64,000 bases of DNA from Paraspadella gotoi (taxonomy: Eukaryota; Animalia; Chaetognatha). Of this stretch, positions 27,991 through 50,843 are shown in pieces (the first letter of the stretch is position 1; the number at the start of each line of letters is the position of its first letter). The notes beneath the pieces are model-generated. The model was not told the origin of the DNA. It saw only the letters and a list, made by a program, of their open reading frames with translations, and did no database searches. The DNA is taken from the NCBI GenBank assembly GCA_051294375.1, contig JBJCIZ010000239.1, forward strand, positions 4,345,834 through 4,409,833. Reading direction: 5' to 3'. Made by a program: the position numbers and the translations under genes.

Positions 27991-29791
27991 ATGAAATATT
28001 TTGTCTTCTTCTTATTTGTTCTGTTGGCGGCAAAGACAGCTTCAATAAATGAGGTAATAATCTAACAGAGGGATAACAATTCACAAATTAATCTGCTACA
28101 ATAATAATAATGAAAATAACAATAACATTAACAATAATAATAATAAAAGTAATTCTTACGGCCCATTTTTCTAATGATTTCTTTAATATTTATTCTCTTT
28201 TTTAAAAAATTAACTTACCTTTAGGAATCTCAGCCTCTTCGTTCTCGTCTCATTTCGTTTCTGATGAAAAAAAATGAGAATTTGGAGGAAAAACAGGAAT
28301 CGAAAGTAAAAAGAAGCTTAAACATTTTAATCATTTTTATTTGTAAAATCGGTACTAGTAAAAGATTATTCATTCTTTAACTAACCTCTTAAACAAGCCT
28401 ATCTTTATTTATTATATGAGCTATTATGGTGGACTAAAATCCACCAACGGTTCATCAACGGCCATTGGTGCAGGAGGCAATTCATTCGCCACCCAATCCA
28501 AAGGTCCGGGGTTCTAGCCCGGTGGTCGCCTAGTTAAGAGGGGCGGGGTGCTTAACCCGCCTGTAACTCGGTGTTACAGCCTGATCCGAAGCACAGGGAC
28601 TGCTTATATTGAACGTCACTAACTCATAACAATAATTACTCTCTTCACTATCTTCGGTCCGCCTATAGTGGGACTTTCTCACAGTTTAGTTAAATAACTT
28701 CCTTATCAATAAATATGTATCATATTTTTCCCACTGTTTCAATGTAAAAAAGTCATAATTAATTTATTAAACAAACTATCTTACCTCTGGGTAGTCAAAC
28801 AATTAACTTTGGATGCCTAACGTCATTCTGAAAACTTTTAACATGTAGTCGGGCATTGCCTAGGTTCACCCCGCCTATAAGGCTAAGCATTAAGGTGGGT
28901 TAAATTTGATCCCTTTTTATCATTAGAAGTTCTGTCATATAAAATTCATTTGTCCATCATATACTTAATCAATATTTACTATTATTTATTATTAATAAGT
29001 ATTTAAATATTTATAAATGCATAGTCAATGAAAACTTTTTTTGTAAAAATTTTATTTTTTAAGAACGGATTCAGATAGCCCATAAAAAGTTGTCCCCCAC
29101 AAAGTATAATGCGTTTTTCAATATTTCGATGATAAGGGAAAAACCCTTAAAAATCATCATCATCATCATCATACCATAATTTTTATAGTTTTTGCTAATT
29201 TTAACCAGTAAAACATAACTATTTGGAATTTCTTGTAATAGTATTTATTTATTTTTCCAAGCTCTACCCGAACCCGTTTTTAAAAATTCTAAATTTGAAA
29301 TATAAAATTTTTATGATTTATAGTAATACAATAAACTTTAAATGCTTCTATGTTATTAACGATACATAAAATCTTAATTTTTTTTAAATTTCGTTATCCC
29401 ACAGGGATACTTTAATGTTATTTATATGACAGAACTCTTAGTTTTTACCTTGTTCCGCCTTACAAAGCATAGCATTTTCAGTTGTGATCCTGAGATCTTG
29501 GTTCCAAGTTCAGGACCCGTACCATGCAAGAGGGGTTAAAGAAGTTGCGGATCGTCCTCTTTATTCCACTTAGCACCTCATCCACAAACACTATATCTTT
29601 TATTTCTTAGACAATAAACAAACTATTCTACACATTCATTGCTTTATGCTTTCCTTTTTTCCCACGTGCAGAGATCGTGCCAGGGTTTATTGTGGAAGTG
29701 CGGCCCAGGGAAACCTCCTTGCTGTTGCAATTTGGTCTGCGTGGATTTTTGGGGGATGCATTGCCAAGTCTCTTGGGGAAAAAACTGTTGA
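27991..29791 (+). CDS. Secreted cysteine-knot (ICK) toxin-like peptide precursor, 87 aa
   Basis: Exons 27991-28053 (signal MKYFVFFLFVLLAAKTAS), 28225-28305 (propeptide ..EEKQESK), 29672-29791 (R-SCQGLLWKCGPGKPPCCCNLVCVDFWGMHCQVSWGKNC*). All junctions are phase-0 GT-AG. Confidence 0.85.
28890..29462. mobile_element. AT-rich ~570-bp MITE with TAAGGCGG...CCGCCTTA termini (Kolobok-like, tentative)
   Basis: Related copies at 51250-51796 and 58189-58795 (nested in a sister element 57701-58929), plus fragments at 1-700 and 62365. This copy splits a SINE-B. Confidence 0.6.
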
Positions 29792-30178
29792 GAAAAGACT
29801 TGGATGTTGTGGAGGGAAATTTAAAGCCTGTTCATCACAATATCAAATCGAAAAATGGTTATATTCATTATGACGAAATAAAATCGAGTTTGAACAAACG
29901 TGTAAAGGTTAACCATTATAAGCTACCAAAAAAAATCGAGTAAAAGTCATAAAACAAAAACAGAAGGAAATGTTAATGAAATAAACTTTACGAAAAGAGT
30001 GTCAATTGTAATTGTTGAAGAGACATCACGTGCACAGGAGATAGTAGTTTAGTTTAGTATAGGCGATTTACAAGTGCATTTTTTTATTTGCCTATATTTC
30101 GATTCTAATGGACGAATCATTTTTCAGTGTAGTAGAAAGCGAAAATAACATAAACAGTCAGAGAGAAAGTAAGGGAGA

Positions 30179-30216
<38 letters not shown>

Positions 30217-31178
30217 CAAAATACAAAAGAATCATCAGGACAGAGATACAAAAGAGCAAAGATGACTAAGCCCTGGCCCCTCCCTACATGATACGGTGGT
30301 ATCTCAATTAAGTGTTTTCATCTTTTTTAAAAGTGGGTTCCATGCATCTGTCCGGACATAGTTAATCTTCATTGAGCCCCTTTCCCGGGCAAATAAAAAA
30401 AAATGCACTTGTAAATAAATAAATAAAAAAAGTTGGAATTGAGCATCAAGTTTTTTAACATGAATATGGCCGGGACATATCTTAGGTTTAGTCTTTTTTT
30501 AAACAAGCGATACTAAACTTTGTAGCCTTTCCTCAGTCTGGTTCTTTTAACTGCTACCCTGCCGAATCCTGTCAAAGGATAGTCCTCTCACTATATTCCT
30601 GACCCGGCCCGCTCTTCCTATTACCTTCCCCTCCTGACCCTTTTCAAAACATTTACCCCTCACCATATCCCTTCCCTGCCCTGGTCCTTAAATTCCCTTA
30701 TTGACCCATGTCAAAGCCTAGTCCCCTCGTTGAATTCCTTCCCCAGCTTGATCTTCCCCCTTCCCTTCCCGCCAGCCTTTTTCTAAAGCCTAATCCCCTC
30801 ACTATATCCCTTCCCTGTCCTGGTCCTTATATTCCTTTTCTGCCCGGTCCCCTCGTCACATCCCTTCCCCTTTGCCACCCCGAGTCTTTCTCCTCCCTTC
30901 CCTCTCGACCCCTTTATTAAGAAAGCCTAAATCCCCTTCTACTATATCCTTCCCTGTCCTGGTCCTTATTATTCTTTTCTGCCCAGTCCCCTCGTCACAT
31001 CCCGTCCCCATTCCACCCCGAGTCTTTCTCCTCCCTTCCCTCTCGATCCCTTTATTCAAAAGCTAATCCCTTCCCCCGGCATTAGATTCCTTTCCGACCT
31101 ATTCAGAAGCCTGATCCCCCCATCACTATAATCCTTCTCCCATCCCCGATCTTCTCTTCCCTTCCCCCTTTTTTTTCC

Positions 31179-40742
<9,564 letters not shown>

Positions 40743-41785
40743 ATAAAAAGATACACGATCTTCAATTCGTATGTATTTCCATTTTGTCTCATTGAATTTT
40801 ATCGAAATAGAGAGATACTGTAGAATTGTCGATACTGGAAATGAAAATTTAAAAAAAAAATGTTTTCGTTACACAAGATTTTTTTTTTATCCTGCATTCG
40901 CTATTTTCTTTTCTTTCTTTTTTTTTTGTTGAAAATTGTTTATCTTTAGGATTTAGTTCTGGGGAGAGAATTTTTGTTTTGTCCCGTCACGTCGGGGCGA
41001 CGCTCAATTCGGTTATTTATTGTAATATTATACACAAAAGTTTAAATCTAGGAAAAATGGCATATGCTTCATGGTCGAGGTGCTAATTTTATTATTTGGA
41101 AGCGAAATTTATATTCAAAGAATTAATTCAAATCAAATTAATTAAAGCGAGAAAACACAATAATCGAATTCGTTCCTCATATTCTACAATTTGTTGATGT
41201 TATTGATTAGACGTGTTTAATGAAATGAATTTTTTTTTTAAATTTTGCAATTGACTGAACTAATACAGTCGCTCTACACGACAACAATGTAGCCGAGAAC
41301 TGTGAATGCAAAATCAAATACTAGTGAAAGTAAAAGAAAAAAAAACAAACTTACGGGATAGATCGAATTGTTTGTTTGTGTTTGTCGTGTTTTTTAAGCT
41401 AAAAGTAATTCTTGAATTTAATTCTGTCTTCGAATTCTCATTTGCATTTGACTGGCGATTCTATTCGAGGAAAATTTAGAAAAACCAAATATGCAAGACA
41501 ATTGGACAGAACAAGTCACCCGGTCACGGGAGTTCTACTTTATGATTTCGTTACATTAAAATGTGTTATTAAATTGTTACAACCGATATAAAACTATGTA
41601 TTTCATTCAACAACTGTGTTGCAGGACTTAAGGACTCTGACTGGAAGCTAGTTTTTGAAGAGAGAGTAAAGATTGTTATGTGTTAGTGACAGTCCCTGAG
41701 CTTCGGATCAGGCTGTAACACCGTGTAACAGGCGGGTTTAGCCGTTCGTCCCTCTTAAATGCTAGGCGACCATCGAGGTAGAACT

Positions 41786-42067
41786 GTAGTCGGGCATTGC
41801 CTAGGTTCACCCCGCCTAGAAACATGATGCTTTCAGTTGTGACCCGGTGGCTCATTGAGTAAAGCCATCAGCTCATGACCACTAGGTACCGCGTTCAATC
41901 CCACACGGTACCTACTCTGCGGGAAGCGTGAGGACGGCCGTAAGCCGCCTTGGGGGCATGGCAAACCCTCAAGCCTGGTTCCAAGCCAGGGACCCGTTCC
42001 ATGGCTGCTAGAGGGGGTTATAGAAGTTACGGACAGTCATCTTCAGCCCACGTAGCGCCTTATCCAC
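41786..42067 (+). mobile_element. SINE-B, tRNA-derived (~280 bp), inserted in a SINE-A
   Basis: tRNA-like block CCCGGTGGCTCATTGAGTAAAGCCATCAGCTCATGACC..GTTCAATCCC; flanked by AGAACT direct repeats. Other copies at 7060, 10400, 28846/29475, 33139 (-), 49785 (-), 54060 and 63790. Confidence 0.8.
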
Positions 42068-42593
42068 AGAACTTACGGACCTTGGGAGCGATGACTTGCC
42101 TCCGCACCAATGGCCGCTGTATGAACGGATTGGTGGATTTTGTTAGTTGGTTTAATGAACTGTTTCGACAATATTAGATTGGGAAAAGCTTTGTTATACT
42201 GCGCACTGGCATCAAAATAGGATTGGACTGCTGTGGAATCGGTACAATTAAACTAATTTTTTTAATTTCAGTTGTTGTGAAAAAATCGATAGTTTTTTAA
42301 TCGACAACCCGCTGATATGATACAGGGTGCTCGAAAGCGGGATTTAATCTCAAAGCTTAACGGAAAACTGTTTTACATTGTACATTGTACATTGAACTCC
42401 CGCTCGATAAAAAGGAATACTTACTGTTTAGAAAACCGATGTATACATTACATTTTTAATCACTGGCGGATAAAATTTTCCACTGGTCAACAAACCTTCT
42501 TGTTTACATTTTATTATAAATTTAGTTTCATTGAATAAAAAAAAAGAGATATCTACCGTCAAGGAATTACGAGAAAAGAAGAGAGAACAGAAG

Positions 42594-42665
<72 letters not shown>

Positions 42666-43437
42666 TGTAAAGTAGTAATTAATGGAGTATTGATTGGTCT
42701 CTTTAATGGAGGCTTTTAGGAAGAAGATACTTTTTTGTTTTTCGTAAATGTGTACAATTTTTTTTTTTAAATAAATGCAAAATATGACGCTTTCCTACCG
42801 AGCCAGCCGATGAAGACTAAACTTGTCCGTATAGTTGTTTAATAAACCAAAAACAAAACAAACAAGAATAAATAAGTAAAAAAATAAAACACAAATGGCC
42901 AAAATGATGTATGAAATGTCAACATAAAAAAATTAATATGAGCGAGACAAAAAATAAATTATAAAAGGATAAATCATAAAATAAAATATTAAAAAAGTAA
43001 AAAAAAAATATAAAGAAAGTTTAACAAAATAACAAACCATGAAAGCTAAAAGAAAAAAAAACCTAACAAATAAAACAAAGATAAACAAGACATCAAAGGA
43101 TAAAAGAAAGAAAAAAACACAATAAAAAACAAAGACAAAAAAGATATAAGAAAAAAATACACATAGGTAAATACAAGTTAAATTCAATAAAGGACAACAA
43201 AAAAAAACATTAAAGTAAATCGATAAAGATCGATCATTGTATAAAAAATCCATCTTGCCTTCAGATTTCAAACGGTCTGCGATACAATTTACAAAACCTG
43301 TAATTCATGTAATTCATAACTAACACTTTTTTTTTTACAAAACCTGTAATTCATGTAATTTATAACTAACACTTTAGAGTGTTTTTGGCTTCTCCATTAC
43401 TCTAGATAAAAAAAAAAACCGTCTGATGTTCAGAATG

Positions 43438-43446
43438 NNNNNNNNN
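43438..43446. other. Assembly gap (Ns)
   Basis: Run of n characters. Confidence 0.99.
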
Positions 43447-43468
43447 NGGGATAGCGTTTTCGTTGTTT

Positions 43469-43946
43469 TGTTACGAAGAGAAAGGTGGAACCCAAAACTC
43501 GAAAACATCCGCGCCGCAGTGCGTTTGTTTGTGTTTGTGTCGCGTCACGATCGATTAGAATGGCTTCCCGAGTGAGCATCTCGCCGTCACGTGTTATGAA
43601 TTAAGTGATAAATAAATTTCGAACGCCATTTAAATATTAGTTCGTTATCACTAGAGCGAGTTTGAGCAAATAATGTAGGATCTACCGGCGATAATTCAGC
43701 GGTAAGCAGCTCATCGTAGATGGAATCCGAACCAAAAATGGAATCGAATCCACGACTCGGATAAAATCTACCGAGGACTCTCTGATTGGTTGAATTATCG
43801 TCGGAATCGAGCCAACGAGAAGACGGGCTTCATTCCATCGCGAAAACGAGCCCGTGTTGTAGAGCCGATTGTAGAGTATAAATACCTGACCATTTTGTAT
43901 TGAATCCATTTTGTCTCAAATTCTGACACCGTCTTTGCTTGTAACT
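43469..43946 (+). mobile_element. Possible solo LTR
   Basis: Begins TGTTAC, ends GTAAC(T), has an internal TATAAATA and higher complexity than its flanks. No second copy in the window. Confidence 0.3.
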
Positions 43947-44775
43947 TTTCTGAGAATGAAATCCAATTTTGGTTTCATGTTGAAATCTCTGTCTACTTAC
44001 TTAAATGTGGTGGCAGGAGTGGAATCGACAAACCACCACTCCAAGAAGAAAAAGCCAGCCTCAACCACCTCAGCCAGATGTTAAGTCGTAATAAACCTTA
44101 CAACATCTTGCATTCTTACAAAACAGACCGACAAAAAAATAATGAATTGAATAGTTTGTGATTTTAAATGCTGATGGAGACTGGAAAACCTGTGTGTCTG
44201 ATTTTTAATAAATCATTTGTTGTTAAATCTAAAAGTATCGTTTCTCTCCTAAAGTTTTTCGAGTTAAAACTTATAGGAAATAAAAATTTCAGGGTTGAAA
44301 AGAAAAATAGCAAAAGAGCGATGATCTGGCCTATAAACCTCGAAATATATTAATAAAAAAAAATTTTGCACGCTTGCAAGACATTATAATAACTAATAAA
44401 TGTTAAAGAATTTAAAATATTTGTCTCAATTTTTAAAAAAATTTAGTTTAAAATTGAATTATCAAATAAGAGGGTAAAAATATTGCAAAAAATGCTTTTG
44501 GATGGCAAGCGCATGATGTGAAGTATTATCAATTTGCCTATTGGTCGATTCCATCTGGCTCTTGACCAATCAGATAGCAGTATTCAATTTTTGGTGATTT
44601 CTCCCCGAGTCAATGATCCGAGTCGGTCCGGTTTCGTTTGATTCCATCTTTTGAGTTTCTAGATCTTCTGTAATGGGAACATAAACGTCAGGGACTTTTC
44701 CAACTAATGAAAGAAATAGATATTAATCACAGTCCATCAGTTAAGTTTTGACAAATCTTTTCATTTCTCTCCCAT

Positions 44776-45335
44776 TTGAAATCAAAAGTGAACGGGACGC
44801 GTGTCGCTTGGATAGTTTCGCGCAGCAAATCCCCCAGTCGTCGGGAAGACTACGTCCGTAAAGTGAAGGCGTTTTTCCCTATCGACATTTACGGCAAATG
44901 CGGTCCACTCGAATGTCCCCCGATCGAAAACGGTCGATTGCCTAAAATCTGTGAATTCTTACTTCTTCTACTTGTCCTTCGACTTGTCCATCCGTCTGTC
45001 GCGACGACATAACCGAAAAGCTCTGGGTCGTGATGGCGTCAACACGATTGGTGCCCATCTTCTTCGGAGGCGGCCACCACGAAACAGACTTCCCGCCCAA
45101 CTCTTTCATCGACGCCCGGAAGGTCTCTCCGAAGGAACTCGCGGAGTATCTCAAACTGCTCGTCAAACGAGACCATCTCTACCGAAGATATCATCTGTGG
45201 AGGAAAGACTAAGAAATTCATTTAGGCCGGACGAATAAGGAACATCGTTTTTGTCGAATGTGCGCGGCTTTGAGCGATGAGGGTTTGACGCCAAAGTTCG
45301 TACGAGAACGTTTGGGATTGGTGGACGAATCGTAA
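44776..45335 (+). pseudogene. alpha-1,3-fucosyltransferase (GT10) intronless C-terminal remnant
   Basis: VAWIVS..RREDYV..IDIYGKCG / YFFYLSFD / SVCRDDITEKLW..LVPIFFGG..PPNSFID..LAEYL..YHLWRK lie in three frames, with stops. Confidence 0.85.
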
Positions 45336-45539
45336 ATGAATTTGAGTCTTTCGATATTGATTATTAGTACTAATTTATATTTTTGAATTAATCAGTATTG
45401 TTTTGAGACAGCTGTTACAACCAAAAATGGTAATCATGTCTGTCACACTTGCTTAAAATATTTTTTTTAAATAATACTACTTTTATTTTAAATTTCTCAA
45501 TAATTATTTTGTTCCCGAGAGAAGATCCGGCTCAAAACG

Positions 45540-45650
<111 letters not shown>

Positions 45651-45752
45651 TGAACCCTTTTAAACTTCTTTTTAATCAAATTAAACTCTACCTTAAAAAA
45701 AATGATATTAATGAAACAAAAAAACAGAGATCGAAAAAACAAAAAACAAAGA

Positions 45753-46077
45753 ATGAATATTTTCGAGATTTCGTTCCTCTTCGTTTTTTCAATTCCGGCA
45801 TCGTCGGCAAATCCGGCAACCGAGATGCCGACTAATCCGCCCGACGGATTTTTCCTTTCGCCGGAAAATTCAAGCCTCTTGCATTTATCGGTTTGGGACG
45901 GGATCCGGCCGCAGGAATACGTCAACGGGACCATGATACAAGTATGAGGGGAAAAAGAGAGAGAAGGGCGCTATTTTCCGGAAGCATCTCGTTTACGTTT
46001 ATAATTCCTGAACTTAATTTTGACCGAAACTTTAACCATATCCTTAACCAATTTCTTTTGTGAGAGAGAGAGAGAAG

Positions 46078-46122
<45 letters not shown>

Positions 46123-46683
46123 GGAGTCACACCTACTTCTGATTACGCATTTCATTTTTTTTACTTCTAGGAAGTACCCGTCTCTATCTATAGACACCAC
46201 GACTTATCCAGGTTGGCCTTATTTTCGAAAAAACTCTCAAGTACAGATTAAATTTTGAATTAAAGTTTAACAAGGTAAGAGGTTTAGTTTTAAGATTACG
46301 GTTAGTCCGTACTAGGGATTAAGTTAAGACTAGTGCTGCAGTTAAGACTAGAGCTGCAGTTAAGACTAGTGCTGCAATTAAGACTAGTGCTGCAGTTAAG
46401 ACTAGTGCTGCAGTTAAGACTAGTGTCGCCTAAAATGATTCTTGCTGCAAACCAGATTATTCCTGCAAATAAAATCCTTATCGCAAATAAGATTCTTGCT
46501 GCAAAAACAAAAACAATTATTGCTTCCAGTAACATTCTTGCTGCGAAGAAGAATCTTGCTACAAAAAAAGATTTTTGCTGTTTTTGTCATAGGATTCGCG
46601 ACTGCATCGTTTTAAAATCGGGAAGAGTGCAATGCAGGATGAAGCAGAGGGAATGTCGAAGCGTCGACGAATCCAGGACCGAA

Positions 46684-46748
<65 letters not shown>

Positions 46749-48034
46749 TGTCAAAAACTCCCCACTTTCGTTTCAATGCCTTTCACACTTATTACATTAA
46801 AACAGAATGACGCCTCGTCCAAAACTCCGGACTGTCGTCTCATTGGCTTTCACACTTATTACATTAAAACAGAATGACGCCTCGTCCAAAACTCCGCACT
46901 GTCGTCTCATTGGCTTTCACCATAGTTCCGTTGTGCGAAATTTCCAAGGGTCCCTCGAACGATTGGGTGTCGCTCATGGTCAGAAGTAAGTCACAATTTC
47001 ATTTGACATCAAAACAACGAAAACGAACGAGAGGAAATTTTGTATTGTTTAATTTTGTTTAAGCCAAATTCATCTCAGCTCTACATGTACACTGCATTGA
47101 TCTCTCATCTTTGCTTTATTTCTAGTCGTGCACACTCATCTCAGATTTATTTTCATAGTTGTATTATTGTCTCTGCTTTTTTCCCAGTCTCATCTCTCAT
47201 CTCCACTTTATATTCAGCCATGTACTCTAATCTCTGCTTTATTCCCATTCTCGTGCTCACATCTATGCTTTATTTTCATTCTCTTGCTCTTATATCTGCT
47301 TTATTTTCATTCTCGTGCTCTCATCTCTTTTATTCCCAGTCTCTTGCTCTCATCTCCGCTTTATTCCCAGTCTCTTACTCTTATCTCTGCTTTATTCCCA
47401 GTCGCGTGATCTCGTCTCTGCTTTATTCGCACTCTCGTGCTCTCATCTCTGCTTTATTCCCAGTCTCGTGCTCTTCCCAAACTCGAATCGAGTGTCGACG
47501 CCAAATTCCGTCCATTGTTCCGACTCCGCCATCTAGTAGGTAAACTGATTTCAAAATTGTATTGTTCTCCGCCATCTAGTATGTTTTTAGTTTTTGTTTT
47601 TGTTTTTTTGTAACGAGCTATAAATCGTGGCATTAAATGTATTAAATGTAATAAAGCTTTTAATACTTCCTTATATCCGAGTAATCATGCATTTCTTTAG
47701 TTAATCTGAGGTAAACAACGATTAGATGTACCGTAATTAATAAAATACAATAAATAAACGATCACTTAATTACTTTTTCTATCCCTCGTTCATAGACGTC
47801 TTTTGTTTTTCTTTTTTCGCTCCCCCGTCCCAAAGGGAAGAGCAGCGACCTCGCGCGTATCAATGCTTTAACGACATCGAAGACATAAGAGCATCTTCGA
47901 GATTGGACGGGGCGACTGGAGCGAGAATGGCCGTCGATCGAAGGTAAGGATTTTTTTTTGGGGGGGGGGCTCTGTTTTCGGAGAGCGCTTCGTTTTGGTT
48001 TTTTTTTAATTCAGGAACTTAATTTGTTACCAAA

Positions 48035-48123
<89 letters not shown>

Positions 48124-48764
48124 GTCTGTCTATCTGTCTATCTATCTAATCTATATATCATTCAATCACTTATTCCAACATTACAAATCATTCCTATTCG
48201 ATCAAAAAAATAAAGAGACGATCACAGCGAATGGGTCTCCGCACGCCAATCGGTCGCCGACTTCAAACCCTCGACACTCGACGTCTTCTTCCGTCGGAAC
48301 CACACCGTCTCCTACTTCTCCTTCAAGACGTCATCCTCCGGACTCGGGATCAACGACGCCCCCACGCGGTTCCATCTGTTGGTGATTATCTTTTTTTTTC
48401 TATTCTTTTTTTGTGCATTCTTTAATATACTTATACAGATACTTATACTTTAATAATCTTTTGATTTGACAATCAATTGATGTATTAAATTTATTAAATC
48501 AATTGATTTGTCGGTTGGTCTTATCATTTTTCTTTATTTATTGATTTAGTTATTTATCTATTCATTGAATTATCTGTTCCAAAATGTATTTAGTTTTTTT
48601 TTATTTCATTGATCAATTCGTTCCTTCATTCGTTTATTAATTCATTCATTCAATCATTCATTCCTTCATTAATTCATTCATTCTTTCTTAGAGTATAAGT
48701 TATACTTTCTTTTGCTTAAACTAAATTAAATGCCGTATAATAATAATAATTCTCTCTATCTTTC

Positions 48765-48851
<87 letters not shown>

Positions 48852-49097
48852 CCCTCTGTCCCCCCTAAAGGGATGCGCTTCCGCCTGCCACTCTCCTTCG
48901 GCCTCTTGGCTTTCTCTCGCCTCCTTTCGACGCGCCTTTTCGCCTCGACCACGGAGCGACGAACCTTCGCCGTGCCGTCCGGGCTTCGGGCGGCCTTTCG
49001 CGTCTACCGGCTGCGGTTGGAACGGGCCGGATGGATGGACCAAGGGCTGGCGTGGGGCTTCTTCGCCCTGAGGGGATTGACGTTTTGCGGGGAATGA
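45753..49097 (+). CDS. Secreted protein with C-terminal F5/8-type-C (galactose-binding-like) domain; frameshift in last exon
   Basis: Exons 45753-45941, 46171-46211, 46593-46685, 46926-46985, 47836-47943, 48228-48381, 48871-49097 are phase-consistent. Signal-like N-terminus; DAPTRFHLLG..W then (shifted frame) AAFRVYRLRL..LRGLTFCG. Confidence 0.6.
46317..46425. repeat. 18-bp tandem repeat x6
   Basis: (AGTTAAGACTAGTGCTGC)n. Confidence 0.9.
46788..46921. repeat. ~66-bp tandem duplication next to an acceptor
   Basis: CACACTTATTACATTAAAACAGAATGACGCCTCGTCCAAAACTCCG..GGCTTT occurs twice. Confidence 0.9.
47090..47480. repeat. ~32-bp minisatellite
   Basis: Units CTCATCTCTGCTTTATTCCCAGTCTCGTGCT. Confidence 0.85.
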
Positions 49098-49923
49098 AGA
49101 ATAATGGGGGGCGTGGGGTTTGAAAGAGAAGGGGTAGGGGAGGGAGGGTTAATTGTGGGGGCCCTCTTTTCCTGAAGCGCCCCATTTCAAGTTAAATTAA
49201 AAATTATTTTGAGTTATTAAACTCTATCGGATTACTTTTTTTTTGGAGCTAAAAATCTTTTAGTCAATACAAGTCCCTTCGGAGGCTTGGGTTCGAATCC
49301 ACCACATTTAAGGAAAAAACTCAAGGATTTCTTGGGCGAAATCAAATACGAAATTTCATTTTTAGTTTAAAGGTGAGGGTGAGACGCACGCAGGAGTCTC
49401 GATCAATGCTAATGAAACTAAGGAAAGCTAAGTCTTTTTATATCTGAGAGAGAGGATCAGAGGCAAGAGTGATTTTGATAGTTCCATAGTTCCTGCACGC
49501 TGATTGGTCGATTCCGGTTCCATCTCGACTAATCATGGTTTGGCGATTCTCTGATCCGGTTTCGCTTTTGGTGAGGCTGATACTCCTGCGATGATACAAT
49601 AAAAAAAAAAACATTCCCAAATTAAAAGTAATGAACGAAACTTGTTTTTCTTTTTCCAATCATCGAAAGCTACGTACAAATTTGGTAAGAAATTCTAGCA
49701 CATCATTTCTCGTATATTTCGACCATAGTTTAATTAAAATATGACTAATATAATTAATATATTTCGACCATAGCCAAACTTCTTCAACCCCCTGGAACTG
49801 GTCCAGGACTTGAAACCAGGCTTGAGGGTTTTCAAAGCCCCCGAGGCGGTTTACGGCCGTCGATACGCTTCCCGCGGGGTAAGTAGCATTAAAGATCGAT
49901 CCTTGTACCTAATTGTCATTAAC

Positions 49924-49974
<51 letters not shown>

Positions 49975-50843
49975 CGATGATGACGATGATGACGATGACT
50001 GAAGGTGTCACTTTCACAGGCCGGGTGAACTTCTTGCAAAGCCCGTCGACAAATGTACAATGAAAAATGGTAAAAGAAAATAAATTAAGGAAAAAAGAAA
50101 AAGAATAAAGATCCATTGATATTTCTCTGGCAACTCGTTCCGGAATTCTCAAAGTTTCTCAATAAATAACTGGTTTAATGATTTAATTTTTTTACCTCTC
50201 AACTTTTCCACACGGGTTGAGAATGCAGCCAATTTCGATAGGTTGTTTCTTGCGGATGAAAAATCGTGTAGCTCAAGAGAAATTATTTTAACACGCTTTT
50301 TTTGTCAAATTGAATGAATAATTAATTTTTGTTTATGGTTTTGAAGTAAAATAACTGAGATCCCTCTTCTCATTACGTTATAAAATTATACAATGAATAT
50401 AAAATTAAATCCAATATATAGTGAAATATATTAAACTTTTACATTCATTTTTTAAATTTAATCCAATTTAGTCTAACATAGTAATTTCTTGCAATTTTCC
50501 ATTAGACAACACTCCTAATGTTTTTTTTAAATTAAAGCATAAACATTTAAATTATAAACGTGCATCAACGCACTTTTTTTTTTCTTCGAGTTAAAAAGGA
50601 AAAAAAAAATTAATTGGACAATTTTAATTTTTTTGCTTTATGATCGCGAGAGGGGATTTTCAATTTTTTTTGGAACTTCTATTTATCAATAAAAAAAATT
50701 ATTACATACGTACATGTATGTCATCCCGGAAAGACATAAACGACATTTTTTGGAATATATTCGATTATATATAATTTTCATTTTACAACTTATCAACTTA
50801 TTCAGTGTTAACAGTAACATTCTGAAAACTTGGAGGCTTCATC

